A stretch of 64,000 nucleotides of DNA from positions 5,433,492 through 5,497,491 of the forward strand of contig NC_090418.1 in assembly GCF_036365525.1 (NCBI RefSeq), read 5' to 3'. The stretch's first letter is position 1. The number at the start of each line of letters is the position of its first letter. Under the pieces are notes generated by a model. It was not told where the DNA came from, ran no database searches, and saw only the letters and a program-made list of their open reading frames with translations. Shown piece by piece: positions 25,628-38,879 of the stretch. A program made the translations under genes and the position numbers. Origin of the DNA: Heterodontus francisci. Its lineage: Eukaryota.

Positions 25628-27661
25628 CTGCTTCTCTTTCCACAGATGCTGCCAGACCTGCTGAGTGGTTCCAGCATTTCTTGTTTTTATTTCACATTTC
25701 CAGCATCCGCAGTATTTTGCTTTTATTCCCACCTTGCACCCTCTGTAAGTTTATGCTTATCCAAAACTTGGCTTCCCGTATCCTAATTTGCACCATGTCC
25801 CATTCACCCATTACCTCCACTGTCCTCGCGGACCGACATTGGCTCCCAGCCCGGCAATGCCTCGATTTAAAAATTCTCATCCTGGTTTTCAAATCCCTCC
25901 ATGGCCTCGCCCCTCCTTATCTCTGTAACCTCCTCCAACTCTACAAAATCTCTGGGCTTCTCCAATTCTAGCCTCTTGTTTGACCCTTGATGGTGAGTAC
26001 TAGCTGTTTTCCCATGAGAACTGGGGGAAAACGGAAGAGCGTCACATCTTAAGTCTGGTGGTCCGTTGCACTTTTTCCCATCAAAATGCTTTGCACAATG
26101 ATTTGCTTTGGAAATGCAACGGCTTGGAAATGAGTAGGCAAAACAGAAATAAATATTCTGTTCCAGCAATAAGGTGACAGTTTATCTTGTATTTACAGAA
26201 GGCCACAGTGACAGCATCGTTATCTATATTTGTACAGTAATCGTCAGGGTCACATTGGTGGGGTGGATGGTTGGACCTGGCAGCACTTAGGCTCTCCCGC
26301 CTATTCTTCAGGCATCATTGAGTTGGGGCAGTGCTCTTGTGGAGTTGAGATGGGGAGGATGATCGGCTTCGATTTTGTGTCCGGCACTAGCTTGCGAAGT
26401 CGGTGGGCGAGGGGTTGGTAGGGGGTGTCATGCAGGGTTGGTGAGGGGACTCATGTGGGCCTCCAGGAAAGGTTCCGGAGTCCATTAAGGGGCTCCAAGT
26501 GTCCCACCATGTTTGTTGGGGTAGGTGGGTGGTGGTTTTGCCTTCTTGGGCTCGGTGCGGGCAGGGTGTGTGGTTCACTACTTCTGCTAGCAGTGTGCAT
26601 TCGAGCTGGGCCTTGGGGCAGTTTACAAGGGGTTGGACGGCTGGTGAGCAGTTGATGAAGAACCTTCAAATGGTGGGGGCAGGGGAACCAAAAGCTTTTG
26701 ATCCAAGGTTTAGGTGTTTCCTGAGGTGGCAATGCTCGAAAGAGGGTTGTAGTGAATACCTCAAATTAAAAATTCTCATCCTCGTGTTCAAATCCCTCCG
26801 TGGCCTCACTCCCTCCCTATCTCTGTAACCTGCTCCGGCCCTACAACCCTCCGAGATCTCTGCGCTCCTCCAATTCTGGCCTCGTCACATCCCAATTTTA
26901 ATTGCTCCACCACAGGCGCTCGTGCTTGGGCCCGAAGCTGTGGAAGAATTCCCTTCCTCGGCCATCGGCAATTTACAACATCAAGAGGCCAGAGGAAGCT
27001 TCCTACTGGCAGCATGTCACAAAAATGCTGCTTGAGAGAAGGAGTGAGGATTTTAAAGTGAACTGGTCCTGGGTGGGTGTTGCTGCACCTAACGATGATC
27101 TAAGTTGCGTTAGCAACTGTTTTTGGCAAGATACAGGACAAAACTGTATTGCTCATTGTATGCTTAAATTGCTACCGGTTCTACTGCCTTTTATCTCCTC
27201 CTCCTCCTCCCCCACTCCAATTTTCTTCTCTCCTGGATTTGTGCTGAGGTTATGGATCCCATGTTCACCAGACACCTGCTTCCCCTCCCCTGTAACCTCA
27301 GCCAAGTGATGATTACTGCTTAGGTATTGTGTTACATTTATAGAACACTCAGCAAACTAAAGGTTGCGATTAATCTCTTGCTGACTTGCCAACACAAACT
27401 AGATTGCACAGTACTTGCAACACAAAGTTAGCTGCAGCTGGAGGGGGTATTATAAGCTGCATTACAACGTAAAGTACGGCTGGGTACGGGTCAGTCACTG
27501 GATGTAGCATCACTTGAAGAGATGAGCAGCATCGCAGAAGGGGGAATTGGACGACATTAAAGGATAGTCCAGCAATAAATGTGGCAACAACATTCAAGTT
27601 GCTCTTATGTTGCTCATTTCCATTTTTCCTTACAGGCAAACTTTTCCAAGCAAATTTAAAG

Positions 27662-28135
27662 AAATTCATTCTGGGAGTGTGGGCGCCGCTGCCCGTCCCT
27701 AATTAGACTTGAGAAGGTGGTGGTGAGCCGCCTTCTTGCCTCTCAAGCCACGGCAGTCTAGGTAGGTACACCCACAGTGCCGACCGGGAGGGAGTTCCAG
27801 GATTTTGACCCAGCAACAGTGAAGGAACGGTGATATAGTTCCAAGTCAGAATGATGTGTGGCTTGGAGGGGAACTTGCAGTTGGTGGTGTTCCCATGTGT
27901 CTGCTGCCCTTATCCTTCTGGGTGGTAGAGTTAGTGGGTTTGGAAGGTACTGTCGAAGGAGTCCTGGCAAGTTGCTACTGTGCATCTTGTAGATGGTACA
28001 CACTGCTGCCACGATGCACCAGTCATGGGACGAGTGAATGTTTAAGGTGGTGGATGGGGTGCCGATCAAGCGGGCTGCTTTTTCCAGGATGGTGTCGAGC
28101 TTCTTGAGTGTTGTTGGAGCTGCACCCATCCAGAT
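27662..28135 (-). mobile_element. 3' fragment of the same LINE family as 52119-55500
   Basis: WMGAAPTTLKKLDTI.EKAARLIGTPST and a 3' UTR matching 55020-55490. Confidence 0.85.
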
Positions 28136-29423
28136 TCTTTCAAGACTGATGTGAACGTAACAAGATCCCACAACCACTATTTCGAAGAGGAGCACAGGAA
28201 TGCTCCCCGGTATCCTGGGCCAATATTTATCCCTCAACCAATATCACTAACACAGATTATCTGGTCATTGCCACATTTTTGCTTGTGGGAGCTTGACGTG
28301 CGGAAACTAACTGCCGCATTTCCATGACAACAGTGACTACACTTCAAATGTACTTCATTCGCTGTAAAGCGCTTTGGGATGTTCTGAGGTCGTGAAAGGC
28401 GCTATAGAAATGCAATTTCTTCCAACAGGAGAAGAAATGGGTTGCCTCAGGTGCCACATGGTAGAGAAGAAGTGGCAGCCTGAGTGGGCCCAATGTTCTG
28501 CTGTTGCCTGGACGTGGCTTTGTGGGGATAAGATGCACTCAGCATGTGCTCCTGGTTCAGCTCAAACCATCTGTGGGACACTGCCAAATAGAGGTGGACA
28601 GAAAATGGGAGCGTCTCATTGACTCCGTTAACATCAGAACCTGGAGCAGGAGTAGGCCATAAAGCCCCTCGAGCCTGCTCTGCCATTCAATATCATAGCT
28701 GATCTTCTACCTCAACTCCATATTCCCGCCCTATCCCCATATCTCTTGATTTAACACCAAATCCATTGCTTTAGACATGAGTTTACAGCCTTCCCACATT
28801 CTCGGGTGGAGTTGGGGACTGGAAGCCTTGAATGAAGAAGAAAATAGCTGACCAGATATCAGACAGTACAAGCAGCACTCTTCACCTGAAGGCAGTGAAG
28901 ACCTTTATTGTAAGTTGTGAAATTCTCGAAGACTGAATCGATGGCAATTATTGAGAACGTGCACATAAACGGAGAACTAAGCACCACTGGACAAGGGAGG
29001 CACCATTTGAGATGTGTTAATTTTCACCCTTTCTCTCCTGATGACTCTGATTCTTGTTTGCTTCAGATCCACGGGCTTTGGCAGCTTTGGTACCACATCT
29101 AATTGTCCCCTCTTCCCTAGATAAGTGAGTGGCAACAGTATATTTGACCATGGAGGTTTATAGCCTGTTTGATACTCACAACTCCGGCCAGAATCACTAG
29201 ACTGTGATCAGGAACAGGAAACCTGGCTGATATTTCCCCTCCTTATCCCAGGAACACTGTAGCCCATTACTGAACTCAACTGCGAACAGCACACCTAGGG
29301 CCTTCAGCTGTGTGTTAATCAGAGCATATTGCCAAGCCACAAGAGGCTAATTCCTAATCAGAAATTATGTTTTTAATTCATTGCATAGATGTCTAAATTT
29401 AACAAGATCAGATTTAACAAGAT

Positions 29424-30620
29424 GACTCTCCCTCTATCTCCCATCCCTCAGTGTCTCTCCCTCCATCTCCCCTCCCTCAGTGTGTCTCTCCCTCTATCTC
29501 CCATCCCTCAGTGTGTCTCTCCCTCCATCTCCCATTCCTCAGTGTCTCTCTCCATCTCCCATCCCTCAATGCGTCTCTCCCTCCATCTCCCATCCCTCAG
29601 TGCGTCTCTCCCTCCATCTCCCATCCCTCAGTGCGCCTCTCCCTCCATCTCCCATCCCTCAATGTGCCTCTCCCTCCATCTCCATCCCTCAGTGTGTCTC
29701 TCCCTCCATCTCCCATACCACAGTGTGTCTCTCTCTCTCCATCTCCCATCCCTCACTGTGTCTCTCTCTCTCCATATCCTATCCCTCAGTGTACCTCTCC
29801 CTCCATCTCCCCTCCCTCAGTGTGTCTCTCCCTCCATCTCCCATCCCTCAGTGTGTCCATCCCTCCATCTCCCATCCCTCAGTGTGTCTCTCCCTCCATC
29901 TCCCATCCCTCAGTGTCTCTCCCTCTATCTCCCGTCCCTCAGTGTGTCTCTCCCTCCATCTCCCATTCCTCAGTGTCTCTCTCTCCATCTCCCATCCCTC
30001 AGTGCGTCTCTCCCTCCATCTCCCATCCCTCAGTGTGTCTCTCCCTCCATCTCCCATCCCTCAGTGTGTCCATCCCTCCATCTCCCATCCCTCAGTGTGT
30101 CTCTCTCTCCATCTCCCATCCCTCAGTGTCTCTCTCTCCATCTCCCATCCCTCAGTGTCTCTCTCTCCATCTCCCATCCCTCAGTGTCTCTCTCTCCATC
30201 TCCCATCCCTCAGTGCGTCTCACCCTCCATCTCCCATCCCTCAGTGTGTCTCTCCCTCCATCTCCCATCCCTCAGTGTATCTCTCCCTCCATCTCCCATC
30301 CCTCAGTGTCTCTCCCTCCATCTCCCATCCCTCAGTGTGTCTCTCCCTACATCTCCCATCCCTCAGTGCGTCTCTCCCTCCATCTCTCATCCCTCAGTGT
30401 GTCTCTCCCTCCATCTCCCATCCCTCAGTGTCTCTCTCTCCATCTCCCATCCCTCAGTGTGTCTCTCCCTCCATCTCCCATCCCTCAGTGTATCTCTCCC
30501 TCCATCTCCCATCCCTCAGTGTGTCTCTCCCTCCATCTCCCATCCCTCAGTGTCTCTCTCTCCATCTCCCATCCCTCAGTGTGTCTCTCCCTCCATCTCC
30601 CATCCCTCAGTGTGTCTCTT
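29424..30620. repeat. Pyrimidine-rich minisatellite, ~30-32 bp unit (ctccctccatctcccatccctcagtgtgtct)
   Basis: Direct reading; accounts for the low-complexity ORFs in all three + frames. Confidence 0.95.
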
Positions 30621-30982
30621 CCCTTCTCTGATTTTTCAACGTGCACGCAATAAACCTGTATTGATTGCTCTATACTGCTACTCTGATTCCCCACCATCGC
30701 AAACATGTTCTAAAGCCCATCAGGGCAGTGAATAAAAATATCTTGCTGGGAACCTGTGTCTTCCCCTCCCTACCCTCCCTGCACCAACACTGACACTTCA
30801 TAAGTTCAGCTACACGCAAGTAGTCGCTGTGATCCCAGTCCCTGGGCATTATATACAATCAACTGCTTCCCGACTCTGTACCCCTTGTCCTTCCCTCTAT
30901 CCATATATTTTAATTGGCCTACGCTACTCTTTTCTGGATTTGTTCCAGAGTTTTGTATGAAAGCTGAAGGAAACCTGCCCAG

Positions 30983-31119
30983 TCACTCGCCATTGGATAA
31001 GCTGCTGTCGATCCCGCATTCATCGTCCGCTTCCTCCTCCATCTCTCTCAGCTTCTGTTTCTGCATCTCGTGGAGAGCTTTTACATGAAATCTGTTCAGA
31101 GCTTCCAGTTCCTCCAAAA
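30983..31119 (-). CDS. Uncharacterised ~283-aa conserved protein, exon 8 (terminal)
   Basis: Acceptor ttttctttcag, phase 1. VLEELEALNRFHVKALHEMQKQKLREMEEEADDECGIDSSLSNGE*. Confidence 0.78.
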
Positions 31120-33315
31120 CTGAAAGAAAAAATAAACCATTTGCACAGCTCCTGGGAATTAACAGAAAGGCATGCTAGCCATCCACACTGCCTCGTCTCC
31201 CGCCACAAATAGTAAATTGTCTCTGCTCATTCGATGAATAGAAGCTTTTTTATGGATATGAAATGGGAGACTTCAGAAATGTGCTGCATTGCACCACCTA
31301 CTGGCCAGACCTCGCAACAACAGTGTTACAGGAAACTGTTTACATAAAGAATTCACTTGTAAATGTCTACATGGGAACAGGAGACCATTCAGCCCTGGAG
31401 CCTGCTCCGCTGCTCAGTTATATCACGACTAATCTGTACCTCAACTTGATTTACCTGATGTAGCTCGACCTCCTTCAACCCCCTTGCCCAACAAAAAATC
31501 TATCGCTCTCAGTCTCGAAGGTTCCAACTGTCCCTCAGCATCCACAGGCTTTCAGGGGCAAGCGTCCCAGATTTCCACTAACCTTTATGTGAAAAAGTGC
31601 TCTCACTCTTCAATGCTCTAGTTATAATTTTGAGATTATGTTTCCTCATTCTGGATTCTCCTGACCAGATGAAATAGTTTTTATCTACCCTGTCAAATTC
31701 TCTCCATAAACCAGTGTGCATCCCAACTTCTCATTCCTGCTTTAAGACACTCCTTCAAACCTACTTCGTTGAGGTGAACCAAGTTTTTGGCCACCTGTAT
31801 CACCTATGTAACTCGGTGTCACATTTTGCTTCATAATGTTCCCGTGAAGCGGTTTGGGACATTTAATGTCATTAAAGGCACTATATAAACACAAGTTATT
31901 GTTGTTGCTTAAACCTCATGTCAGATCACCCCTCAGAGCTTCTGTACTCAAGAGAATACAATCCAACTTTATGCAACCTGTCCTCATAATTTAACCCTCT
32001 AAGTCCAGGTATAATTCTGGTGAATCTGCACTACATACCCTCCAAGGTCACTATATCCTCCCTGGGATGAGGTGCCTAGGGAAGAACACAGTTTCAATGT
32101 TACATAGAGTCATTTAAGGCACAGAGGAAGCTATTCGGCCCATTGAGTCCATGCCAGCTCTCCACGGAGCTATTCAGTCAGTCCCATTCCCTTGCTCGAT
32201 CCCCATAGCCCTACAAGTCTACTCCCTTCAGGTGGCCATCCAATTCCCTCCTGAAGTCATTGATCGTCTCCGCTTCCACCATCCTTGTGGGCAGCGAATT
32301 CTAGGTCATTACCACTCACTGCATAAAAAAGTTCTTCCTCACATTCCCCCCTGCATCCCTTGCTCAAAACCTTCAATCTATGTTTCCTCGTCCTTGGACC
32401 ATTTGTTAATGGGAACAGTTTTCCCTTGTCTAACTTATCTAAGCCTGTCATAATCTTGTACATTTCTATTAAATCTCCCCTCAATCTCCTTTGTTCTAAG
32501 GAGAATAGCAGAATGTTGGCAGAAAAATATGACCCATAATCACGATGAGAAGACGTTGCAGAGGATGTATATGTACGCACAAATTTTTTAAAAATAATCT
32601 AGCAGGTGGTCTCCCGTTGCTTTGCCCAGTGAAAGGCAGGGCAAGAGACACTTCCCTCCGAGTGTCTCTGTGATGCTTCTGAAACTCCATCTAATGGTTG
32701 ACGTTTGCATCTGCAAGGGTGCGATGCTTAAACAAAGAGTGCACAACATACATAAAAGAACTTGTAATGCATTTCACAACCACAGGACGCCCCAGAGCGC
32801 TTTTGAACCGATGAAGTGCTTTCTGAAGTGTATCACAGTTGTAATGCAGGAACCATGAGAGCAACTATGCACATAGCATGTTCGCAAAAACAGGACTGTA
32901 CTAAAGACTGGTAATCTGTTTTTAGTGATGTTAGTTTTCCGTACTTAGAATGTTACAGCGCAGAAACAGGCCATTTGGCCCAACTGAGCGTCTCCCCCCC
33001 CCTATCAGCATATCCTTCTATTCCTTTCTCCCTCATGTGTTTATCCAGCTTCCCCTTAAATACATCTACACTATTCACCTCAACCATTCCCTGTGGTAGT
33101 GAGCTCCACATTCTCACCACTCTCTGGGTTAGGAGGTTTCTCCGGAATTCCCTATTGGATTTATCAGTGACTATTTTTTATTTTTGGAACCATTTCACAC
33201 GTTAGAATCAGAAAATTCTGTTGTTGCTAACAGAAAAAACAAAGGTAAGAATCGAAGTGGAAACAGGAGGTGAGGAGTGGCCGTTTACCACTTATACCAA
33301 CACACTGCGCATTAC

Positions 33316-33513
33316 CTTTGGTGTAATAGGGCTTCTCCCGATTTCCATAGATCACAATTCTCTGTAGGAAGTTGGCCATAGCACCCGATGCCAGAAATCT
33401 CTCTATCAGAGGGAGAGACTCAAAGTACCTGATGTCCAGGGTGAATGGGTTCGATGGTGGAGGCCATGTGCAGAGTTGCACCAATTCAGCCACTATCTCC
33501 CAAATCAGTATGC
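33316..33513 (-). CDS. Uncharacterised ~283-aa protein, exon 7
   Basis: tctccgcag acceptor, gtaatg donor, phase 1/1. GILIWEIVAELVQLCTWPPPSNPFTLDIRYFESLPLIERFLASGAMANFLQRIVIYGNREKPYYTK. Confidence 0.85.
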
Positions 33514-34725
33514 CTGCGGAGAGACAGGAAGCATGATGCTGATGAGAGTGAGGGAAGCTGTTGAAAGGCAGGAGATGGAGGAGGTCGCTGGGTAGTGATC
33601 AGGGTACTGAATTAGACAATCAGCCATGAAAATGGCGGAGGAGGCCCAAAAGGCTGAATGGCCTCCTCCTGCTCCTATTTTCTATGTTTCTAGGAGCAGG
33701 AACTGCAACAAGAGGGGTGGAGACACTGAGAAAGACAGTGTGACGACTGGAAGCTTAAGAGTTCCAAATTAAGGCAAGACTGATGGGCTGACTATCTCCT
33801 CTGTCTGCTCGTTGCAAGAGAAGACAAAGAAAGGACCCGCATTTCTATAGAGCCATCACCACCACAGGGCATCCCAAAGCGCTTTGCAACCAATGACATA
33901 TGGTAGCATAGTGGCTATGTTACCGGACTAGTAATCCAGAGGCCTACAGTGATGATCTGGAGCCATGAGTTCAAAAGTCCCAGGACCAACACTCTTCACT
34001 TTATTGAATAGAAAATTCATTAAAAATAAACAATGAAGGCAGATAGAAGGAAAATTCATGGAGTTTGTGACTTGGTAGGTTGTTTACGCTCTGTGAAAGA
34101 AATGGGCTTGGTGGGCTAAATGGAATTGCCGTTCAACAGATTTCTGTTAGGTAAGGCCGTGGAGCAAAGGCGGGTTAATGTTGCTTGGGTACGGCTTGAC
34201 CGTGATCTAAATGAGTGGTGGAGCAAGCTCGAGGGGCTGAATGGCCTCCTCCTGTTCCTCATTCTTTACACAGAGTACAGAGTACTGACTGGGGGTGGTG
34301 GGGGGGACGCAGAGAAGAGGCAACTAACAAAATAATGATGGCTGACATCTGTGTCCCCCAGAAGCTTCAAAACAAATTCACCATTGCTGAGCTTCACAGA
34401 CCAAGGTCACAGGGTTGGCTGCTGGGCTGTATGAGCTGGGGCAATGGCCCAAGTGTTCCCTGGGCTTGGACAACTTGGCCACAGGTCAATTCCTGATGGC
34501 TGCCCTGTGACCCTGCAGAGCGCACAAGTGGGGATGCCTGATTGTGAATCCGTTCACAGTTGAACAGCCCACCGACACTCACTGTCAAGGCCCACTGTGT
34601 GAATGAGGGTCACTCGGGTGAAGTAGGGCCATTGCTTCTGATCCAAATCCCAGTTACGTGATTTACAGAAACGCGTGCAGTCTTGTAGACAGGGTCAGCC
34701 CCATGCCGTTCGACAGAAAACATAC

Positions 34726-34891
34726 CATTCTGCTGCCATTCCAAAGTGGAGTTCAGCTTCAGAGGGCTGTCCTTGGCTGCCCAGACCTCACTGGTTGTTT
34801 TAATGAGACGCTCGTGGTTGGATCGGATCCACACATACGGGCACTGGTACTTGGCATAGCATGCCAAGAGGAAGAGGGTACAGTTCAGTTC
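34726..34891 (-). CDS. Uncharacterised ~283-aa protein, exon 6
   Basis: ctaacag acceptor, gtatgt donor, phase 0/1. ELNCTLFLLACYAKYQCPYVWIRSNHERLIKTTSEVWAAKDSPLKLNSTLEWQQN. Confidence 0.85.
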
Positions 34892-35081
34892 CTGTTAGAG
34901 ACATGCATTGCATTAGGCAGACTTGTCACATGTAGCTTGGCACTGATGTAAACTGACAGTGTTAGTGGGTGAGGCAAAATAAAGGTACAGAGAGAGAGCA
35001 CAGCAATGTTACAGCATTATACTGCCACTCCCCTGAAACTGGGTATATTTGCAGTAAAGGAGAAATTGCTCGGTTACTTAC

Positions 35082-35154
35082 CGGGAGTGCAATTTCTCGA
35101 TCACATGGAGAGGCTGGAGGCAGCCCCACATCCGCGTGTCCGCAACCACTCATC
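35082..35154 (-). CDS. Uncharacterised ~283-aa protein, exon 5
   Basis: tttcttcgccag acceptor, gtaagt donor, phase 2/0. MSGCGHADVGLPPASPCDREIALP. Confidence 0.78.
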
Positions 35155-36084
35155 CTGGCGAAGAAAGGAAAACAAATTATTAATAGGAGAGAGGAAAAAG
35201 GACAAAGAGTGAAGGAAGGAAGTAATTACTTTTTAAACACAGTTACTGTTGTTATGTAGGCAAACACAGCAGCTAATTTCCACCGAGCAAGATCCCAAAA
35301 CACCAATAAGATGAATGAACAGTCAAAGGGTTTTTTTTCTAGCTGAGGGAGGAGTGTTGGCCTGGACACTGGGAGGAGTGACTGCTCTTCTTCCAAAAGT
35401 GCCATGGGATCTTCTCTGTCCACCTGAGCACAGACTGGGCCTCAGTTTAACATTCTATCCAAAAGACAGAGGAGGAATTGGAGACGATGGGGGAACAGAG
35501 GAGGAAAGAATGGTTACAACAGAGCTATGTAATGGGTACTGCTGTACGAATGCCTGGGAGAAACAGGCCTGTCTCAGGATTTGGGTGTTCCCGTGAGGAA
35601 GGAACGCTGGTCAGGGAACCGGGCTCAGAATTCATGCAGGCAAGTTAAACAGTGAAGGTTTTCTCTTGTTATCAGTTGGTCCGCCCCACAGGACTAGCCA
35701 ATGTGAATCAGGGAGAGTAAGAAACTCCTGGGACTCCACACTATGGCCACCTGTTTGGGAGGCGAGCCTGTACTCGTCTGCACCAATTAGAATGCACAGC
35801 AGGTCCAGCAACATCTGGAAAGAGGAAAGGTTAACGCTTTGGGGAGTTTCTGACACTTTGATGTGGCTTTCCCTCTTTCAGATACTGACTAGCCAGCTCT
35901 GCATTCCGAGCATTTCCTGTTTCCTTTTTGGGAGTTTCCCAGCACTTGGCAACTGTTCCCACTGTTCTCGAGCTCACCAGCGGGTTTCCCTAGCATTTGC
36001 TGGTGAATCTTACCACTGACGTGCAGTAGTGTGGTGGTGGATTGGGGGGGCGGGGGAGGAGATTGGCAAACAGCATTGCTTTAC

Positions 36085-36203
36085 CTCTTCTGTGATCGCA
36101 GCGACGCCAGCAGAGATTGGTCAGCGTAGGGTAGCTCAGCAGCTCCAAAATCCTCATCGGGAGAATTAATCAGACTCCCGGGAAAACTAGCTGATCGCCA
36201 GCT
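36085..36203 (-). CDS. Uncharacterised ~283-aa protein, exon 4
   Basis: cttttcag acceptor, gtaaag donor, phase 0/2. SWRSASFPGSLINSPDEDFGAAELPYADQSLLASLRSQK. Confidence 0.72.
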
Positions 36204-37203
36204 CTGAAAAGATGTGGATAAGAAAAGACAGACTCTTGGTTCAGAGAGATGGAAATTACAACATAGAAGGAGGCCTTTTGGTCCATCATGTGTGTGCTAG
36301 AATTACACAGAATGTCCAGCACCCAAACAGGCCATTGGGCCCATTTGCTCAATGCTACACGAGCCTCCTCCCATCCTATTTCATCTAACCCTATCGGCAT
36401 AACCTCCTACTTCATATAAGACACTGTTTAGGCCAGTTAGAAACTGCTCAAGTACGTTTCACGCTGGATTCCTGCAGCGCGGAGGCCGAGTTGCATCAGC
36501 TCAGAGGAATTGCTGGATGTGGACAGGCCAAGGTCCACTGAGTTCACCTACTGCCAACCTGGGGTAGTCACATGATACAGCAACATTGGCGTTGTTGACT
36601 AAATCACAACAATCAATCTCTGAGGTGAGGGAAACCCCAGTGGTGCAGAGCTTTTTTTTAATTCATTGACGGGATGTGGGCGTTGCTGGCAAGGCCAGCA
36701 TTTATTGCCCATCCCTCATTGCCCTTGAGGTGCCTTCTTGAATACAACTGAGTGGCTTGCTGGGCCATTTCAGAGGGCAGCTAAGAGTCAACCACATTGG
36801 TTGCGGGTCTGGAGTCACATGTAGGCCAGACCTGGTAAAGACAGCAGATTTCCATCCCTAAAGCGCATTAATGAACAATCTGATAGTTACATGGCCACCA
36901 TTACTGAAACTAGATTTTTAGTTCAGATTTATTTAATTCATTGCATTTAAATTCCCCAGCTGCCACAGTAGGATTTGAACCCATCTCCAGATTATTAGTC
37001 CAGTTACATAACCACTATTCTACTATACCCTGTAAACTAAGCATGCTACACTTGCATCTCGACAGTCTGGAGTGGACTTGAACCTAGATCCAAAGCCTGT
37101 GTCTAAGCTACTGAATCATCTTTTTCTTCCAAATGGTCTCACTCATTGACACATAATGTCCACGCACAATTACTTTCCAATTGGGGGCAGATATCCAATA
37201 CAG

Positions 37204-38207
37204 CAGGATTGTCCAATCTTTTTGCGTGGTGGGACCATATTACAATTTTTGTCCTACATGGGGGCCGGTGAGAACATTTCAGAAAGATAAAGGTATTAAA
37301 CCTGTATCTTATTATTAATTAAAACAACAACAAATGTGCATTTTTGTGAAGAAACTTTAAATGAGAAGACTCATTTATTGACTTTTTTTCTCGTCACTAT
37401 GTTGAACACTGATTTGGTGAGATACCTGGCATTGTTTTTGCTTGCATTAGTGGTCAATCTCTGCCTGCACACTTGTAGCAGCAATGCGGTGTATCCCAGA
37501 TAGATCTCCATCTGTCGGAAGTGATCTTGATCTCTCTCTCCCTCCCCCCCTTTCCCTCTCTCTCCCCTCCTCTCTATCTCATGATCTCCCCCTCCTCTCT
37601 CCATCTCACAATCTCCATCTTCTCCCTCGCTCCATTTCTCTCTCTAACTCTCTCCACGGGTGGTGGAGCCGGTGAAAGAGGGGGAAAACAAGGTGACCAC
37701 TAATCGGCCTCCCTAAAATCAGCAATGACCCTTGTGGCAGACATTTTCGCCATTAAAACACCCAAATGAAACTGCTGGAAATGAAGGTCTGGCAAGTCTC
37801 TAACAGGCTAACTGATCCTCTCTGCCACTTTACCCCTCAATTATTAAGTAGAAATTTTAACTCTTTGCGATTGTGTAGAATGCCTGACTCTCTCTCTAAG
37901 GGCGCCCTAGCGTTCCCCCCCCCCCCCCCACTGCTCCTCTGGCTGTGTGATGGCCCGTTCCAGCTGTCCCCTCGGTCTCTCTCTCTCTCTCTCTCTCTCC
38001 CCCCCACAGCAGCCATTGACTCATTCACTCCCTGAACCACGCAAAAACAGCAGGAGCAGCCGATCCCAGCACGCCTGTGCCGCAAGTCACCAATCAGTGC
38101 TCACCCCACCTGGGCAACCCACTGTCAGTTACAAAGGATTGGCGGGCCAGATTGAAACCTTTGGTGGGCCGGACTCTGGCCCACGGGCCTTATGTTGGAC
38201 AACCCTG
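37204..38207. mobile_element. Non-autonomous hAT (Charlie-like) DNA transposon
   Basis: TIRs caggattgtccaa / ttggacaaccctg. Diverged 8-bp TSD caatacag / ctacacag. Subterminal gggccggactctggcccacgggcc motif. Confidence 0.7.
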
Positions 38208-38807
38208 CTACACAGCAACAACATCACCTTGCAATTATATAGCACCTTTAATGTAGTAAAACATTCCCAGGGCGCTTCACATGAGTGCTATCGAACAAAA
38301 TTCGACACTGAGACACATAAAGGGATATTAGGGGCAGGTGACCAAAAGACTGGTCAATGAGGTAGGTTTTAATGAGCATCTTAAAGGAAGGGAAAGAGAT
38401 AGAGAGGCAGAGAGGTTTAGGGAGGGAATTCCAGAGCTCAGGGCCCAGGCAGCAAAAAGCACGGCCACCAATGGTGCCACGATGAAAATCGGGAATGCGC
38501 AAGAGGTCAGAATTGGTGGAACACGAATTTCAGAGGGTTATAATGCTAGATGAGATTACAAGAATGAGAATTTTCCTGGCTGTGTTTCGCCCATCGTAGC
38601 CCAAGGTCACTGAATATAATTGTGGCAGGTGCTACTTGAGGCTACGATCAGCAAACAGGGCAAAGACCAGCAACTGAACTTGGCACCTACTGCTTTGTAG
38701 GGTCTGGTTCTACACTGGTACCTTCACCCACCAGGAAATGCCCCTTCAGCTCAATGAGAAGCATAGGACTTATAACAAGTACCAAAGCTGCTTAGGACAA
38801 TACTTAC

Positions 38808-38879
38808 GACATCCTCATTCACCACAGTCAGTAGCAGCTCCTCGCGACCTCGCAACCAAGGCTGAAAGTATCTGAAACC
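38808..38879 (-). CDS. Uncharacterised ~283-aa protein, exon 3
   Basis: ctctttcgcag acceptor, gtaagt donor, phase 0/0. GFRYFQPWLRGREELLLTVVNEDV. Confidence 0.85.

Larger units (their letters stand above)
22611..25725 (+). mobile_element. 5'-truncated Penelope-like retroelement (RT C-terminus plus GIY-YIG endonuclease), interrupted by an RTE
   Basis: FFRYIDDC, LPFLD, YKPTDSHSYL, CNRRRCNTC, VVYCIHCSQCGLLYIGETKRRLGDRFAEH. Premature TGA at ~23703. 3' end carries a hammerhead-like motif. Flanked by ttcccac (22604-22610 / 25726-25732). Confidence 0.92.

Noticed and set aside
29389-30735. 383-448-aa Ser/Pro/Leu-rich ORFs
   Set aside because: All three + frames are open because the pyrimidine minisatellite lacks stops; no domain and no splice support.
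36456-36547. Possible extra minus-strand exon (VNSVDLGLSTSS...) in the uncharacterised gene
   Set aside because: Weak splice sites, and its phase would break the otherwise continuous frame.
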